Source of the DNA: Trichoplax adhaerens
Lineage: Eukaryota > Animalia > Placozoa
Assembly: GCF_000150275.1 (NCBI RefSeq)
Contig: NW_002060948.1
Location: 1,982,918-2,046,917 of the forward strand
DNA length: 64,000 nucleotides
Direction of reading: 5' to 3'
Shown: piece by piece, positions 13,655-27,657 of the stretch
Numbering within the stretch: position 1 is the first letter of the stretch
Layout: every line of letters begins with the position of its first letter
Notes under the pieces: generated by a model
The model's input: the letters and a program-made list of their open reading frames with translations, nothing else
The model's database searches: none
What the model was told of the DNA's origin: nothing
Made by a program: the position numbers and the translations under genes

Positions 13655-16600
13655 ATGCCAAATATGATGAAGAAGAAGGTATGAAATAAGCGTTAGAAAG
13701 CAGTCAATTTATTTGTTATCATCAAAATTTGGTCAAAAAAACATGCTTCCAATCCATCAATAGCATTGATTGGTTGGTAGATATCAATAACATTGGTACT
13801 GTCGACTTGATTGCTTGCGGTAATGTACATTTGTTATGATGTAGTTATTAAAAAAATTGGACACCGATCAAGAATGCGGAGTTGATGAAATGAGGCACAC
13901 ATAGGATGCGCGTAGCTTCTGTCTTGAAAGATATTTCATCAGCCTATTTTTACATTACATCGTTTGTTGCCTAAGAGAGAAAATGATCACCAAGTTGAAA
14001 ATGAGGTTCCATTTTATACTACCTTTCTAGCTAGCTCTACATTCAAATGGGTTGTATAGTACTTGAGTACTGTTCAATGGAGTATGCACAAATGGTGTAC
14101 TCATGGCACAGCACAGTCTACTCCCGACGTAGTTTGTAGAAACGTAGAAATGCTCTGTAAACATGCAACTACTGTAACTGTCAAGTGTAGAAGAAAAACT
14201 CAACGTACAGTACTCGGTTATCTTCATCAATCAGTCCGATTAACCTTCCAAAAAATGATCATGCTCAACGATGTAAAGTAGATTGATTTCTTTTCTCTCC
14301 TCTGATATTGATCTTTGATTATTATTATTATTATTTTTATTATCGTAAACGTTATAGGCAGCGGCTAGTAAGTCGAATAATAGCAGTAAAAGTAACTCTG
14401 TTGGTAAAAGCAACTCTGATGTCGATGTAAGTTTTCGCGCTGTGGTAACTACTTGCTGAGAGCATGCTATTTCTTGATAAGGTCTTTGAGATCATCAATT
14501 GCTCTCTCCTTGTTCGACCCTAATCGTCAATGTAATCCAGATAATTCACATTATCATACTAATAACGTGAAGAGAGTCTCTAGAGGATAGAAAGCCTACT
14601 GCAATTGTAACATCTTAGCCAAGAATGCCTATGCGACTGGATACGTCTACCATAAACAATTGCTTGATCGCTATTCTCTTCGCTATGCACATCTTCAATT
14701 CTCTTTTGCAAGTATCCGGCCTGTTCACTCAACAAACGATGCTTTAAAGTTTGTACTGTACTGCTCTATACTATTATAGGTTACAAAGCAAATGATCATT
14801 ACGCAACTAAGAGTCTTCATCATTATAATGGATAGATTTTCTATTACACCAATCTCAACGCTGACTAAGTCATCCATTCTAAAATGACGTATAGCCAATC
14901 TTGGAGTAAAAATAAATATACTATACGCGTAGAATATACCTATAGTACAGTATATCCCCTATTCTAGGATATATCGCTACGTATTGATACTGTATCCTGT
15001 GTTATTTTAGCCACAGGATGTAGTAGGCAGTCCTATCATCTGCGAATGTTGGTATTGAAGAAACAATGATAACTCAGATGTGCATATGCTGTAAAATTAT
15101 GGTATAAGTTGATAGTTTTTATCCATTTTGATTCAATGGTAGCATGAGCTGGCATAGCGATCTTCGGTTGCCCAGCTGATTGTGCAATTATTTTTTTTGA
15201 ACGTGAATTGTATTGAGTCGCTTGTTCCATGCCAAACTTGAGAGATGCATCAACTTGATAGGAATTTAGTCCACGCAACTGTGTTAGACTGTAGACTATT
15301 TTGTAGAAAATCCACTTGATCTATTGCTGTAAGGTTAGCTTGATAATTCCACGCATATCACTTATAGCAAATATGACATCGATTGCTGCCATACTATTCA
15401 TTCTAGTCTTGTAGTCCTAGGCTGAGTTCTAGTTATTGTATGCAGTCAACAACATACTGCAGAAATACAAACTCAATTCTCATCATCACCCGAATACCCA
15501 TTTTCAGCTATAAATGTTTAATGGGCGAATAGTAACTGTAAACTCAGCTTACCCTTCATATTAGTTATATATAAGGGCTTGAAGACTCTATTGATAACTT
15601 CAATGCTGTCTCTGTTTTTATTCATTCTATACCGTTCAATAATTTGTTGTAAAGTCTACAAAAATGCGTTACAATACATATTTTACATAGTAGCGACTTT
15701 ATGTTTAAAAGTGTTCAGATAATTATTAACGTTGATGAACTGGTTACATCAGGATAACGTAAGATTCAGGTAGACTAAGTTGTTGTTAATCGACCAGATT
15801 GCTTTATTTGCATAAGCAGTAAATTAACGATAATGTACAACGCCTGCTTCCAATACCTACTTTACAATTCTAGAATATACTTGTAAGCACTACTATTATG
15901 TACGTGTTGTTGGATTATCTGCGATTAGTAACTTGCATAGAGCTTTTAAGGAACTCCAAGACTGTAGTAAGAAAATGACTAGCTCGACAAAGTCAAGTTT
16001 GGAACGTTCGTAGTTGAGCTAGGAATCAGGAAGTCCCAAGAATCGAGTCCATATCAGTTTAGTTTTTAATAGAAGGGCCAGTATGATGAGAGGCATGAAT
16101 TGATCGTGCTGCACGCACTATTTGCTTTTGATCGTACAAGCGATGTGAATCCTATGATGGACGTTATTGGCTTTAAGCAACAACGTCTTTACCAAATGTG
16201 AATGTCCACATTTAGCTTTTCCTTACTACAGTCAAATGAGACACCAATGAGATGATTGCTATAAATGGCGACATTGTATGCTGTAAATAACTGGCATGTA
16301 GAATATACTCGTGTTTCTATTTTGTAAGCTGTTTGCTGAAAATACAGTAGCCCGTGCTGCTTGGCTAAATTGAACCGACGATCGTTTGCAATAGTACCGT
16401 AGGCTAAAATAAGAATCACTGTGGAGTGTTTGCATGCATTTTCACAGTAGCATGGACTGGGATCAATTCTGTATTCGGGAGGTAGAAAAGAGTGCTCAAC
16501 CTACTGTAGCCGTAGTAGCTGATGAAGTTTTGTTAGAATCCTCTTTCTACATGATGTTTTTTTACTGCAACTTAGGAGGTCTCCAGTTTTGTTGAGTCGA

Positions 16601-19600
16601 GTTATCGTTATCGAAAGTAGAGCCTTGCATTTTTATGCATCATGGAAGAGTGTCATTGCTACCCTAGTAGTCATGGTTATAAAGTTTTGTTGTAATGGCA
16701 TTTTTTGATCTTATGGCCGTATGGCATGGAATCTTGGAAGCAAAGCGTTGAAGATGGGCTGAGGCCATTTTGGCCATATTTTCCTTTCCCCATACATCAC
16801 CTTAAGACATTACCCTACCTGCTTGGATAGTGCTACCGATAGAGTTTATGTTTCTACTGACTTAGCCTATACTGTATCGTAAGCTCATTGTGTACTGTTT
16901 CAGTAAGGGTACTCCTTCATAGTCAATCAGCAGCTGCAAGCGGTTTCGACTGGGACCGTACTGGACTGTAGTGTCAGCTCGAGGCCCTGACGACCGTACA
17001 AGCGTATCGACCAGCTGGCAGACTGAGACGCTGGTGTGCGTCAGTTGGTCAGAGTTGACGCTAAAGAGTGTGAGACGGCAACAAGTCCACTTTTTCTCCG
17101 GGACCAGTACGGTACCGTACGATACAGATACCAGTACGGTACCAGTACAGTACCACAGTGGACCTCATGAACTTGGCTTAATTTAGCAAGTTTTGCTTGC
17201 CTTCAATCCTACGCCAAATTTTTGCTTGGTTTGCTGCTGCTGCTGCTGCTTTCCATCATTCAAATTTTCTATTGCTTTTATGATCAATCATGATCAGTTT
17301 GTAGCTGATCTTGTTTTGTATTTGGAATTATTTCTCGTTCGATCAACCGTTGGTAGTCGTTCATCACCAACCAAGGTCATTATTGATTTGATTTCATCGC
17401 CTTTCGATAGAGTCCCAAAAATCATAAAAGTTTGGATGCCGTGATGCCGCCTCCAAATAGCTTAAATAAAGCCAAGCATTCTGGACCTGCTGGACCCAAG
17501 AGAAGCCATCGCCAACATTCTTCCAGATTCAATATTAGCAAAAATCGAGAATTACAAAATCTACCATCGTTTAAAGGTAGGATAGTCATCATAATAACTT
17601 GCAATAATGACATACAGTAAGAATTGAAAATCTGCGGTTGTGACCAGTTGCGTTGCCGCTTACAATGCCATTCATCATCATCGGCGAGATAATTAATTAA
17701 TTTGAATGCTTAATATTTACAGCCGGGTAAGCACTCAACTCGGCTTATGTACTATATGGATAGGATAGCATAGTGTTGGAAATACCAAATTCGACATTAT
17801 CATCACCCAATGGATGCAAAGTCATAATTCATTTTGCATTTCTGTTGCCGCGATAGACTGCATACTTGGTGACAGTAAGAGAAGGAAATGCGCTCCATCA
17901 TACACAAATTAATTTTCATTTTGTTTTTCATCGTCTTACTACAGTGGCCAATTAAAGGTTGCTCTTCGTTACAATCGTTCAGTAATTTAGAAATAATTCC
18001 ATTTTTGGTGCATTTATGCAAAAGACTTACTGACTACTGTGTACAACCACAACGACCAACTCACAAGGCACAGTAATTGGCCAAAAGTGCTAACGATCAC
18101 ACTCAGTTTTGATATTCCCATGCACAGCATTACTTTATTCAAGTCACGCTCCGCATCTTTCGGTGCATGTATTGCCTGCAAATATTTGATTATCATGAAT
18201 AGTTTAGTCAATTTCAAAGCCTTGCACCAATTCAATCGACAGTACTACTAGAATAAAACATCGACCCTAGCTTGAGGGTGTATTTCGTTCGCCATTGCTG
18301 TACAGTGTGCAGTATCAACATGGTGATTTGCGATCATCAGGACGCGTTAGGAAACATTTTTAAGACGATCAATGTGCTTTAATGAATTCATTTTATTTTC
18401 CTATTTTCCAGCCTTGTTTCTCAATGTTTTCTTTAGCTATGCAGCATGTGTACACACTTACGCTGTATGCAATACAATTTGACTAGACAGTGTTTCTTAG
18501 CTCGGAAGATGAAATCGACAGTATTTATGTGCTAGATATTAGGATAAGTGGACGGACTTGTCGCTCGTTTCTACGCCACGTAAACTAGATTTCGTAAAAT
18601 ACCATCCTAAAGCGTATGTAGTATGGACGATAGAAGCAACGTTGAGTTAATCTGCTGAAGGGTTTTGCTCGCCTTCCTTGTTTTATTTACCTACCAATCA
18701 AAAGTTTAATTAACATCCTGGAAAATCGTTCAATTTAGCTTAGCATGTTCACTCTACGTAAACGTTGGCTGGCTCCAGTATTGGTAGTATCGCCTAGACT
18801 AATGAAGTCTACGCGTATTATGTTGATACTGTACGCCAGGTGTGTTGGCGTACTCTGCTACATTATTTTGGCCTAATTCCACTACATTGTAGAATGGGTT
18901 GCAACGTCTGTCTGTTTACTTTTACATCAAAATTAGATTTTCAATTATTAAACATGATGTAAAGTAGTGCTGGACAGTTGATGTGCTTCCACTGTTATAC
19001 AACATATTAGCACTTTTTGGACATTTTGCTTAAATAAACTGTGGCGCAAAAAAAGAATTTGCAATTAAAATTGCACAATGCTTTTTTTGCTATTTTGCAT
19101 AAAGTGCAAACTTAGTCTATCCTATTATTGGCTAGTATTGATAGCATTGGATCATCAATGAAATGCACCACAAGCCTAAAACCGACCGTAAGATTGGTTT
19201 TTTTTTTTTTCCAATCGAAAGTTTCAAACAAACAGTAAAATAAATAATAAATTAATTGAAAGATTCAACCATCAACAACTGCTAGCAGTACTTTGTATGG
19301 TCGCGTTGTATTCTTGTCGTTACTACGGCAATGTACAAACGGCCTGATAATCGATCATTTTACTGTACTAGAGACTTTTTATAGTATGAAAATTTGGCAT
19401 TGGTAATCATTCACAGTGGGATAGTCATCAAAAATAAGCATACTGATTATCATTTTAATTAATGATCGGTAAATCCTCTATTTCTTCTCTGTTGCAAAAA
19501 GAAATTATACAATACAGTACAACAACGCTCTTTTCATTTGCAAATTCCTCGTTTATACAATCTAAGCCCGTATGTTGTACACGGACGCGATAGGCGAGTA

Positions 19601-22600
19601 TTGTTTGCGCCTTGTAGTTTTTATACTCGATAATCTTCACAAATGCAGACAGTTATCACTGTCTTTGAATGAGAATTAGTTGACAGTGGACATCAATGTT
19701 ATCCTCCATATGTAGAAGTGGAAGATGTTCATCAAAAAAAATGAATTGACACGTTCAATTACAGCATTTCCTGCATTGTAACAGGAGAACTTTTTACCGC
19801 TATTTGACACCGGTACTCGCTGATTTTTTTACAATACTTTTCATGGATTTACCAGACATAAAGAACGGAAACGGATGGCTTCTTTCTACACTTTCATATC
19901 ACGTATTAAAGTAGTTCAAAAAAAATGATTGTACGATTCTTTCATTTGGGGGATAGCCATTCTTTTGTACCTTTTTAACAAGGCAATCTATAAATTTATT
20001 TTCATTCAATAGTGATATTACAATACGGTCTCTTCAATTATTTTTCCACTTGATAATCAACGCTTACTAAAAAGCCAGACTAGTACAAGAAAAAAGACAG
20101 ACGTTAGTTTTAGCCAGACTACTACAAGAAAAGACAGACGTTAGTTTTAGCCAGACTACTACAAGAAAAAGACAGACGTCAGTTTTAGCCAGACTACTAC
20201 AAGAAAAAGACAGACGTTAGTTTTAGTAGTCCCTGTCAAAAAAACCATGCGATGCAAGTCAGTGGTTTAGCGGGGCCGCAGTAAAATCAACTTTGCCGTA
20301 GAATAGACTGCTAATTAGCAGTACAAAATTGGTGATAGTATGCGCTGTTTTAGTACTAGCGAAATTCAACTTGCAACAAAATGTATATATATAGAGCTAC
20401 GTAGTTTGTATCGATTTGGAGTCGCTGGCTCAAAATATACACTAGTAACATTCTTAATGGCCAAAGCTTTAAAATATTGTTGATATTAGAAGGCTGATTG
20501 GAATAAGAAACTTTTTGAATTGAATTTCAGATGCTCCAACTGAAGAACGTGAGGATTTGTTCGTGCAAAAAATTAGGCAGTGTTTGGTCATATTCGATTT
20601 TGTAAAAGATGCAACAAGCGATGTCAAGTGGAAAGAAATAAAGAGAGCCGCTCTGAATGAAATGATTGACTACATTTCGCATAATCGTGGAGTAATTACG
20701 GAAACAATTTACCCCGAAATTATTAATATGGTAAGTTGCTCTTAAATCGGTTACACCAAACGATCAGGAACAATTTAGCTTAGACTACTAAATTAACATA
20801 CCAGCGCAAATCATGCTATTGAATGCTGTCCTTAATCTTTATCCACTGGGCTATAGTTTGCTGTAAACACGTTTCGGACGTTACCACCGTCGTCTAATCC
20901 TGTCGGAGCTGAATATGATCCCGAAGAAGATGAACCTAATTTAGAAGCAGCCTGGCCCCATCTACAGGTATAGTTATCAAATCAAATGTAATAATCCATA
21001 GCTATAGTAGTAGTATTGTGTTAACCAAGCGTACGTAAATGAAAATATTTTACTGTTCTCAACTTAACTAATGATTTATGATTATTTGATTTTCAGTTTG
21101 TATACGAGCTCATCCTAAAGTTTCTAGAGTCCCCAGATTTCCAACCAGCTATTGCCAAGCGATATATTGATCAAAAATTTGTTTTGCAAGTGCGTATAGA
21201 AGTAGTTGTGTAATAATAAACGGATAACTGTAAGTTAATAATCTAGTTATTAATGATGAGTGAAAAGTACTAAGGTATTTCAATCACATCAATGTATACC
21301 CGTAGGTCTTAGAGCTATTTGACAGTGAGGATCCGCGCGAAAGAGATTTCTTAAAAACTATACTTCACAGAATATATGGAAAATTTTTGAATTTAAGGGC
21401 GTACATCAGAAGACAAATTAATAATATATTTTATCGGTACTGATAATAATAACCATGTGGATAATTGGTATTCATTAACAATTTCTTCGTCAAGATTATT
21501 TTCCTAACATTGGAATTCAATCTATTTTATTAGATTTATTTACGAAGCGGAACAGTTTAACGGTATAGCTGAATTGCTTGAAATCTTGGGCAGGTTAGAT
21601 ATTCACAAGAGTTATGAGAATCTTTACAATTTAATGTAGAGTATTACCAAAGGAATTTAATATGCAGCATTATTCATATCAGCATAATAAATGGATTCGC
21701 GCTGCCACTTAAAGAGGAACACAAAACTTTCTTGTTGAAAACATTGCTTCCTCTTCACACGGTCAAATCACTTAGCTGTCATCATCCACAGGTAGTAGAT
21801 TTTGTGTATGGACTGAAGAGGGATATTTCTCTCAATCTAATCATATTCACAAATTGGACTATTTTTAGCTGGCGTATTGTGTTGTACAATTCCTGGAGAA
21901 AGATCCAGCTTTATCGGAACCGGTTTGTAAATATGACATAAAGACTTTACTTTATATCCATGATAATTTTTTCTTGACTATTGTATTTAAAATTAGGTAA
22001 CACGCGTATTTCTAAAGTATTGGCCTAAATCTCATAGCCCAAAAGAAGTAATCAGTTTAGCAATGCCATAAATATATTCGTCTGACTTCAATTGAAATTA
22101 ATGATGGTGCTTTTTTCCACGAATTGATAAAGGTTATGTTCCTCAATGAATTGGAAGAGATATTGGACGTAATTGAACCTACTGAGTTCGTTAAAATTCA
22201 AGAGCCTTTATTTCAGCAACTTGCGAAATGTATTGCTAGTCCGCATTTTCAGGTTTGTTTTAATTGTTGTACCTTTTCTGCTCAGATAGGATATCTAACG
22301 TAACCCTTATATTAGGTTGCTGAACGCGCATTATTCTTTTGGAATAACGAATATATTATGAACTTAGTTGGTGAAAATATTTCCGTAATTTTACCAATTG
22401 TGTTTTCAACATTGTATCAGAACTCTAAATCGCACTGGAATAAGTAAGTATTACCATTTTGACCCCCCTTCAGGTTAAAATCATAATTCAAATATTCAAA
22501 TAATTTTATTACTTTCTATTATAGGACAATTCATGGCTTAATCTATAATGCTTTAAAACTTTTTATGGAATTAAATCAAAAGCTCTTTGATGAATGCACC

Positions 22601-23273
22601 AAAAAATATCAAGAGGAAAAAAAATTGTATGGCACTCAATTTAAAGTTATATTATATCACACACTAGTTGGATAATATCATGGAGAATTTTTATGTATAA
22701 TACCCAATTTGTATTGTATCCATAATCTCTGCTGAATGACTATCATTGCATAATTATAGAGAAAAGGAAAAACGACAAAAACGTTTAGATGCTTGGTTAA
22801 AAATTGAACAGCGGGCTCTGCAAAATCCACTTGTAAGGATACTTTGTAATTTTTATATTAAAATGCTTCTGCATAATCTTTACTAAGTTAACTATTCTAA
22901 TTTTAATTTTTTGGATAGTCGAAAAGCTTAGTGGAAAAAGGAATCATGGTCAGTGTATCATCAATTGATGGAGAAATTGGTAGAGACGCTTCGGGCGACA
23001 GTAGGCCATCTGTGAATAATTCATCGAATACGGTAAAAAAATTAAATCTTAACGATGTTGATGTGTCGAATAGTATAGCAGAAATAATGAAATTATTTTA
23101 TATTACAGCATAGCGGCCGGGTTACTGCTGGAGTTAGTAACAAAACTAGTAAAGATAGTAAAGAAAAGGTTATTCGACGCAAATCCGACCTTCCTATAGA
23201 TACTACTGCTCAGAAGGCGATAAACGATCATAAACAACCTACTGAATATTTATCGTCTTCGAAAGAGCGTTAA
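13655..23273 (+). CDS. PPP2R5D: PP2A regulatory subunit B56 (B'), gamma/delta type (PPP2R5C/PPP2R5D-like)
   Basis: Exons 13655-13678 (MPNMMKKK, compare B56delta MPYKLKKEK), 14358-14426, 17411-17576 ([13 protein letters not shown]...[22 protein letters not shown]), 20531-20730, 20857-20967 ([32 protein letters not shown]), 21097-21189, 21306-21436 ([24 protein letters not shown]), further short exons ~21534-23032 ([22 protein letters not shown]), last exon ~23111-23273 (RRKSDLP), TAA at 23271-23273. The two first exons are less certain than the core. Confidence 0.93.
20073..20226. repeat. Intronic minisatellite, about 38-bp unit x4
   Basis: Unit agccagactactacaagaaaaagacagacgttagtttt; copies differ mainly in A-run length. 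Lies in the long B56 intron. Confidence 0.95.
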
Positions 23274-25076
23274 CTTGCTATATCTTTTGTGTGTGGTATG
23301 TAACTGTTCAATTTAAGTTCATAATTTTAAAGATATAAAATATATAAGATGACCGTAAAAATTAAAGGCTATACTCATACTTCAATGATTGATTTTACAC
23401 TTTGATGAAGATCTTACCGCAATCTTATCACTTCTTCACTAATCCTATTTTTTAACTTTTTTCTAGGGTTGACGCTGTACTGTAGATATGCCATTATGAT
23501 CTATACTCAGTAGCGACAACGGCATCGTTTTCAGTTTATTTTGTTAATCTTTATACTCGGACGTAAGTCATTTACGACACTTATGTCTTAGTGATTCGTT
23601 TAGTAAACTTTGAATGCATTTATTCAACGCAATCTCAAAATTTAGTAAGGTTGTTGTTTAGTTGTTGAAGATTAGTTTTTATAATATTTCCACCGTTGGC
23701 TATGAATTAGTTCGTTACTATATGGTATTGTAATGTATAAAAATGATGTAAAAATGTAGTTGAGTGAGACGGTGATGTTTTTACTTAATCATAAAAAATT
23801 TTCCTTTTATGATGTAATAGTGCGCATTTGTAATATATATGATGATCAATTCATTGTATGCGGTAGTTTAGAGGGAGAGCAGAACTGCTGTCGTAGTAAC
23901 ATAACTTGTATTCCTCAGTTTTGAATATCATAATTTCAGTTATTTCACAATTGTCACTTTAAGTTGCATTGTAAAATACATCTTACATAGTTTTACTTAA
24001 TTGTAGGAGTATTTGGCTGACTCAGTATTTAGTAGTTTAAATATGGCGATACATCCAATCTTGTTCTAGCACCGATTCGCCATTAGATATCATCTATATA
24101 TCACGGCATCATTATTTGTTTGTCTGTACTATCACAGTGGAGTTACGTTTGTAAACGTGAACGTCAAATATTTTATTTATAAATGTCTCTTTCAATAAAC
24201 AAAATTACGTTTCGGGTTCTACATTGTACTTCTCTGTTTTAGTCCAACACCTCTATCTATGCAAACTCATTTATATCCAGCACATACATTATCACAGTAT
24301 TGTATAATCTTATGGCCATTATCGCGATAATAAGATGATCGCTTTATAATAATACAAAATTGTTTACCGATAATAGTGAATGATTGCACTACACTACCCA
24401 TTTTACTAGCTATCAGCTACATGATAATTTAATGTCGCAATAACATACGTTGACCTACTTGAGTAGACGTATAGGTAAATAATTGATAAGTCAAAATTAT
24501 CGATGCGTTATTATTTATTTATTGTATGCCGCTTTGACGCCAATTTACATGACAGTAGGATAAAATTAATTTATGGGCTAGTCGCTTCATTGGTGAGCGT
24601 GGATGAAACAATATGGAGAACATTCTACATTGTCGATAAAGCTTGCAATCGAGTTTATAGTACTGTATATAAAAATACAATTTCTTGCGCAATAACTGTA
24701 CTCGTTAAAATAGCAGTGACGAAAAGTCATACACTATTCATAGATCAAATGTAGAATAAATTGTCATCAAAAACTCATTATTAGCGTGTGCATTGTGACA
24801 CTTGATGACTTTACCCGAATTTAGCAATAAAGTATTTGCAATACGGTACAGGATGTAGATAAAATTTTTAAGCAAAACCTATCAGGTGTAGCATTCAAGA
24901 AAAAAAATTGATTAATTAAACCACTATTCACAACTATCCAGGCATGAAATTCATCAATATTCTATCTTTGAAGCTATATATTTGTAAACAATATTAACAA
25001 ATAAAATTTTTCATCAATTGTATTGTATATGAGAGTTTTTACTGTACAAATAAAGCATTAACTTATGCCGTGGAAT

Positions 25077-25919
25077 TCACATATCGTCCTGATTATGCCT
25101 TTCAGCTATGGTAGTGAGTAATGACTCTTTCCACATTTCTTCTGGTACAAGCTTAGCCCAATCTGGGGTGGCGGATAAGGGTAAGCTTATATTGGACATT
25201 GATTGAACGATTAGAGCAGCGTGGGCTATTAAATATATTAGCGAATAGCACAAAAAAGAATTCGTCCATTAATTAGTTTAAAACCACTGCTATTACCGAT
25301 ATAGATTACTTTTCGAGTTTATACTTTTACTTAGGACAAATTTTACTTTTATTAGCATATTTTATGGCTATCTTTATACACTCGTATTAATGCACAAGAA
25401 AATTATGCTGTCAACTACCTGGATTCATCGGCTCATGTAGGTGAGAATGATCATTTGATTGTCCATTTGCATTCATGCACGTTGTCATACCGCCTTCGCC
25501 GTTTTCGGACTGTACGTAGAAATGAAAATAAAAAAATGATTTTAGGCTGGTGGCCTTTCACTCTCCTTAAGTAACTACTGGTAGTCTTGTCACTAAAAAA
25601 ATAACACTGTACTGTATTAGATATATGTTTACGGTAGTATTGATATCTCTACATCAATTATTCTGTGTGTGAGTTTCCATAACTATCGAGAGATACTGAC
25701 TGACCTATTGGTTTTATTAGCATTTAACGTATAATATACTGTCATGCATTTATAACACATAGAGTAATACTCTTGATAAAACCTGAGGAGTTTCAGTTAA
25801 CAATTCGTCTTGGTCGTCATCATCTTGGCCAAGTGGAACATATCCTTGATTGTCGTCATCGAACTCTTCGTCCATATCGCTATCCTCTTCATCGTGTAGT
25901 ACTGGATTTTCATTGGAAT
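25077..25919 (-). CDS. MEA1: Male-enhanced antigen 1 (MEA1) homolog; 5' end unresolved
   Basis: Exons 25919-25783 (acidic, QGYVPLGQDDDD, compare human GYSYQPLNQD), 25509-25419 (...EPMNP), 25225-25077 (HAALIVQSMSNISLPLSATPDWAKLVPEEMWKESL, compare [33 protein letters not shown]), TGA at 25079-25077. Missed by the ORF track because of the small exons. Confidence 0.85.
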
Positions 25920-26942
25920 CTACAATATAATATTTATCAATTGTATAAGGTTGATATCCCTAGTGCTAATTCAATGCCTTATGAATAAATAAGTAATATC
26001 GGACAATAACAGTTTTCTCTACCATTATGGTAAGTATTCTAGCCTAGAAACTTTGTAGAAAGCCACTACGTTGATATTGTAGGAGTTTGTTAGTTTGTTA
26101 CACTATTATAGAGCGTACATCGACGTCAACATTGGTGGCTGTAGAATGGTTCGAATCAATTAGTAACAACTTTATTTATCGCGATAGGTTTCCACCAATA
26201 ACGGATGCAATTATTCACTTTAATCTCGAAAACAAGATATAGGTATAAAAAGCTCTCAGAACTATGACTTGACTAGTATAAAATGTTGGATTGAAATGTA
26301 CACTTTCACAGGATGGATTGATTGTATGAGTCAATATCTAGAATTTAGGGTTCGATTTTAAGTATTCCTAATTGAAAAGATGATGGATGCAATGTTGCAA
26401 TGGTAATTACAGCATCATTATGATCGAATTGAATGCTATACTATAAAATCCATATTAAAATGTTGTACAGGATAGTATCATTCTTTGTTTACAAATTGAA
26501 ATAAAAGGTCCTTTTTCATTAATATGTAATTTCGAGCGTTCTGTTGTATCATGACGACTGGAAGTAGACTGGTAGAATTCGAATTTGTTGCCTTTTCGAC
26601 CTTTGAACGAGTGAGTAGATGACGTTAGCAATATTTGGGTAGCTGCTGTATCAATGGCAACGCACAATCGAGAAGGCAAACAATCATGGTTATACTCGTC
26701 ATATCCACCTATGCAGGAAAATCAATTACCAAAGTCTTCAAATCGATTGACATGCATAGAATAGAAATTGAGTTATGACTTCAGTGGAATGGAGTAATTG
26801 ACTTGGAGTACAGTAGAGAGATTGTAGTATGAGTATTGCATAGTACTACCAGTGAATAGATTGTATCGACTGACCACAGAAATAGAATCTGCAGTACCTT
26901 TGGTGAACCACATTAACATCCTAATCCGTAGTATACAGTAAG

Positions 26943-27657
26943 AAGTAGACGCAATATGAATGGCAATAAAACCGCATCTGACTATAGTACAGTGCTGTGC
27001 ACATCATCATTTTGACAATCCACCTGACTTGCGACTGCAGTAGACCCAATATGAAGGGCAATAAAATCACACCTGATTATAGTATAGTATACATCATCAT
27101 TTTGACATACGACTTCAGTAGAACCAATATGAAGGGCAATAAAATCACATCTGATTATAGTACAGTATACATCATCATTTTGACAATCCACCTGACTTGC
27201 GACTGCAGTAGATCCAATATGAAGGGCAATAAAATTGCATCTGATTATAGTACAGTATACATCATCATTTTGACAATCCACCTGACTTGCGGCTGCAGTA
27301 GATCCAATATGAAGGGCAATAAAATCGCATCTGATTATAGTACAGTATACATCATCATTTTGACAATCCACTTGACATGCGACTGCAGTAGATTCAATAT
27401 GAAGGGCAATAAAATCACATCTGATTATTGTACAGTATACATCATCATTTTGACAATCCACTTGACATGCGACTGCAGTAGATTCAATATGAAGGGCAAT
27501 AAAATCACATCTGATTATTGTACAGTATACATCATCATTTTGACAATCCACTTGACTTGCGATTGCAGTAGATCCAATATGAAGGGCAATAAAATCACAT
27601 CTGATTATAGTATAGTGCACACCATCATTTTGACAATCCACTTGATTTGCGACTTGA
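26943..27657. repeat. Tandem array, 90-bp unit, about 8 copies
   Basis: tacagtatacatcatcattttgacaatcca... recurs at 27161, 27251, 27341, 27431, 27521 and 27611. One copy carries a 12-bp deletion. Confidence 0.97.
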
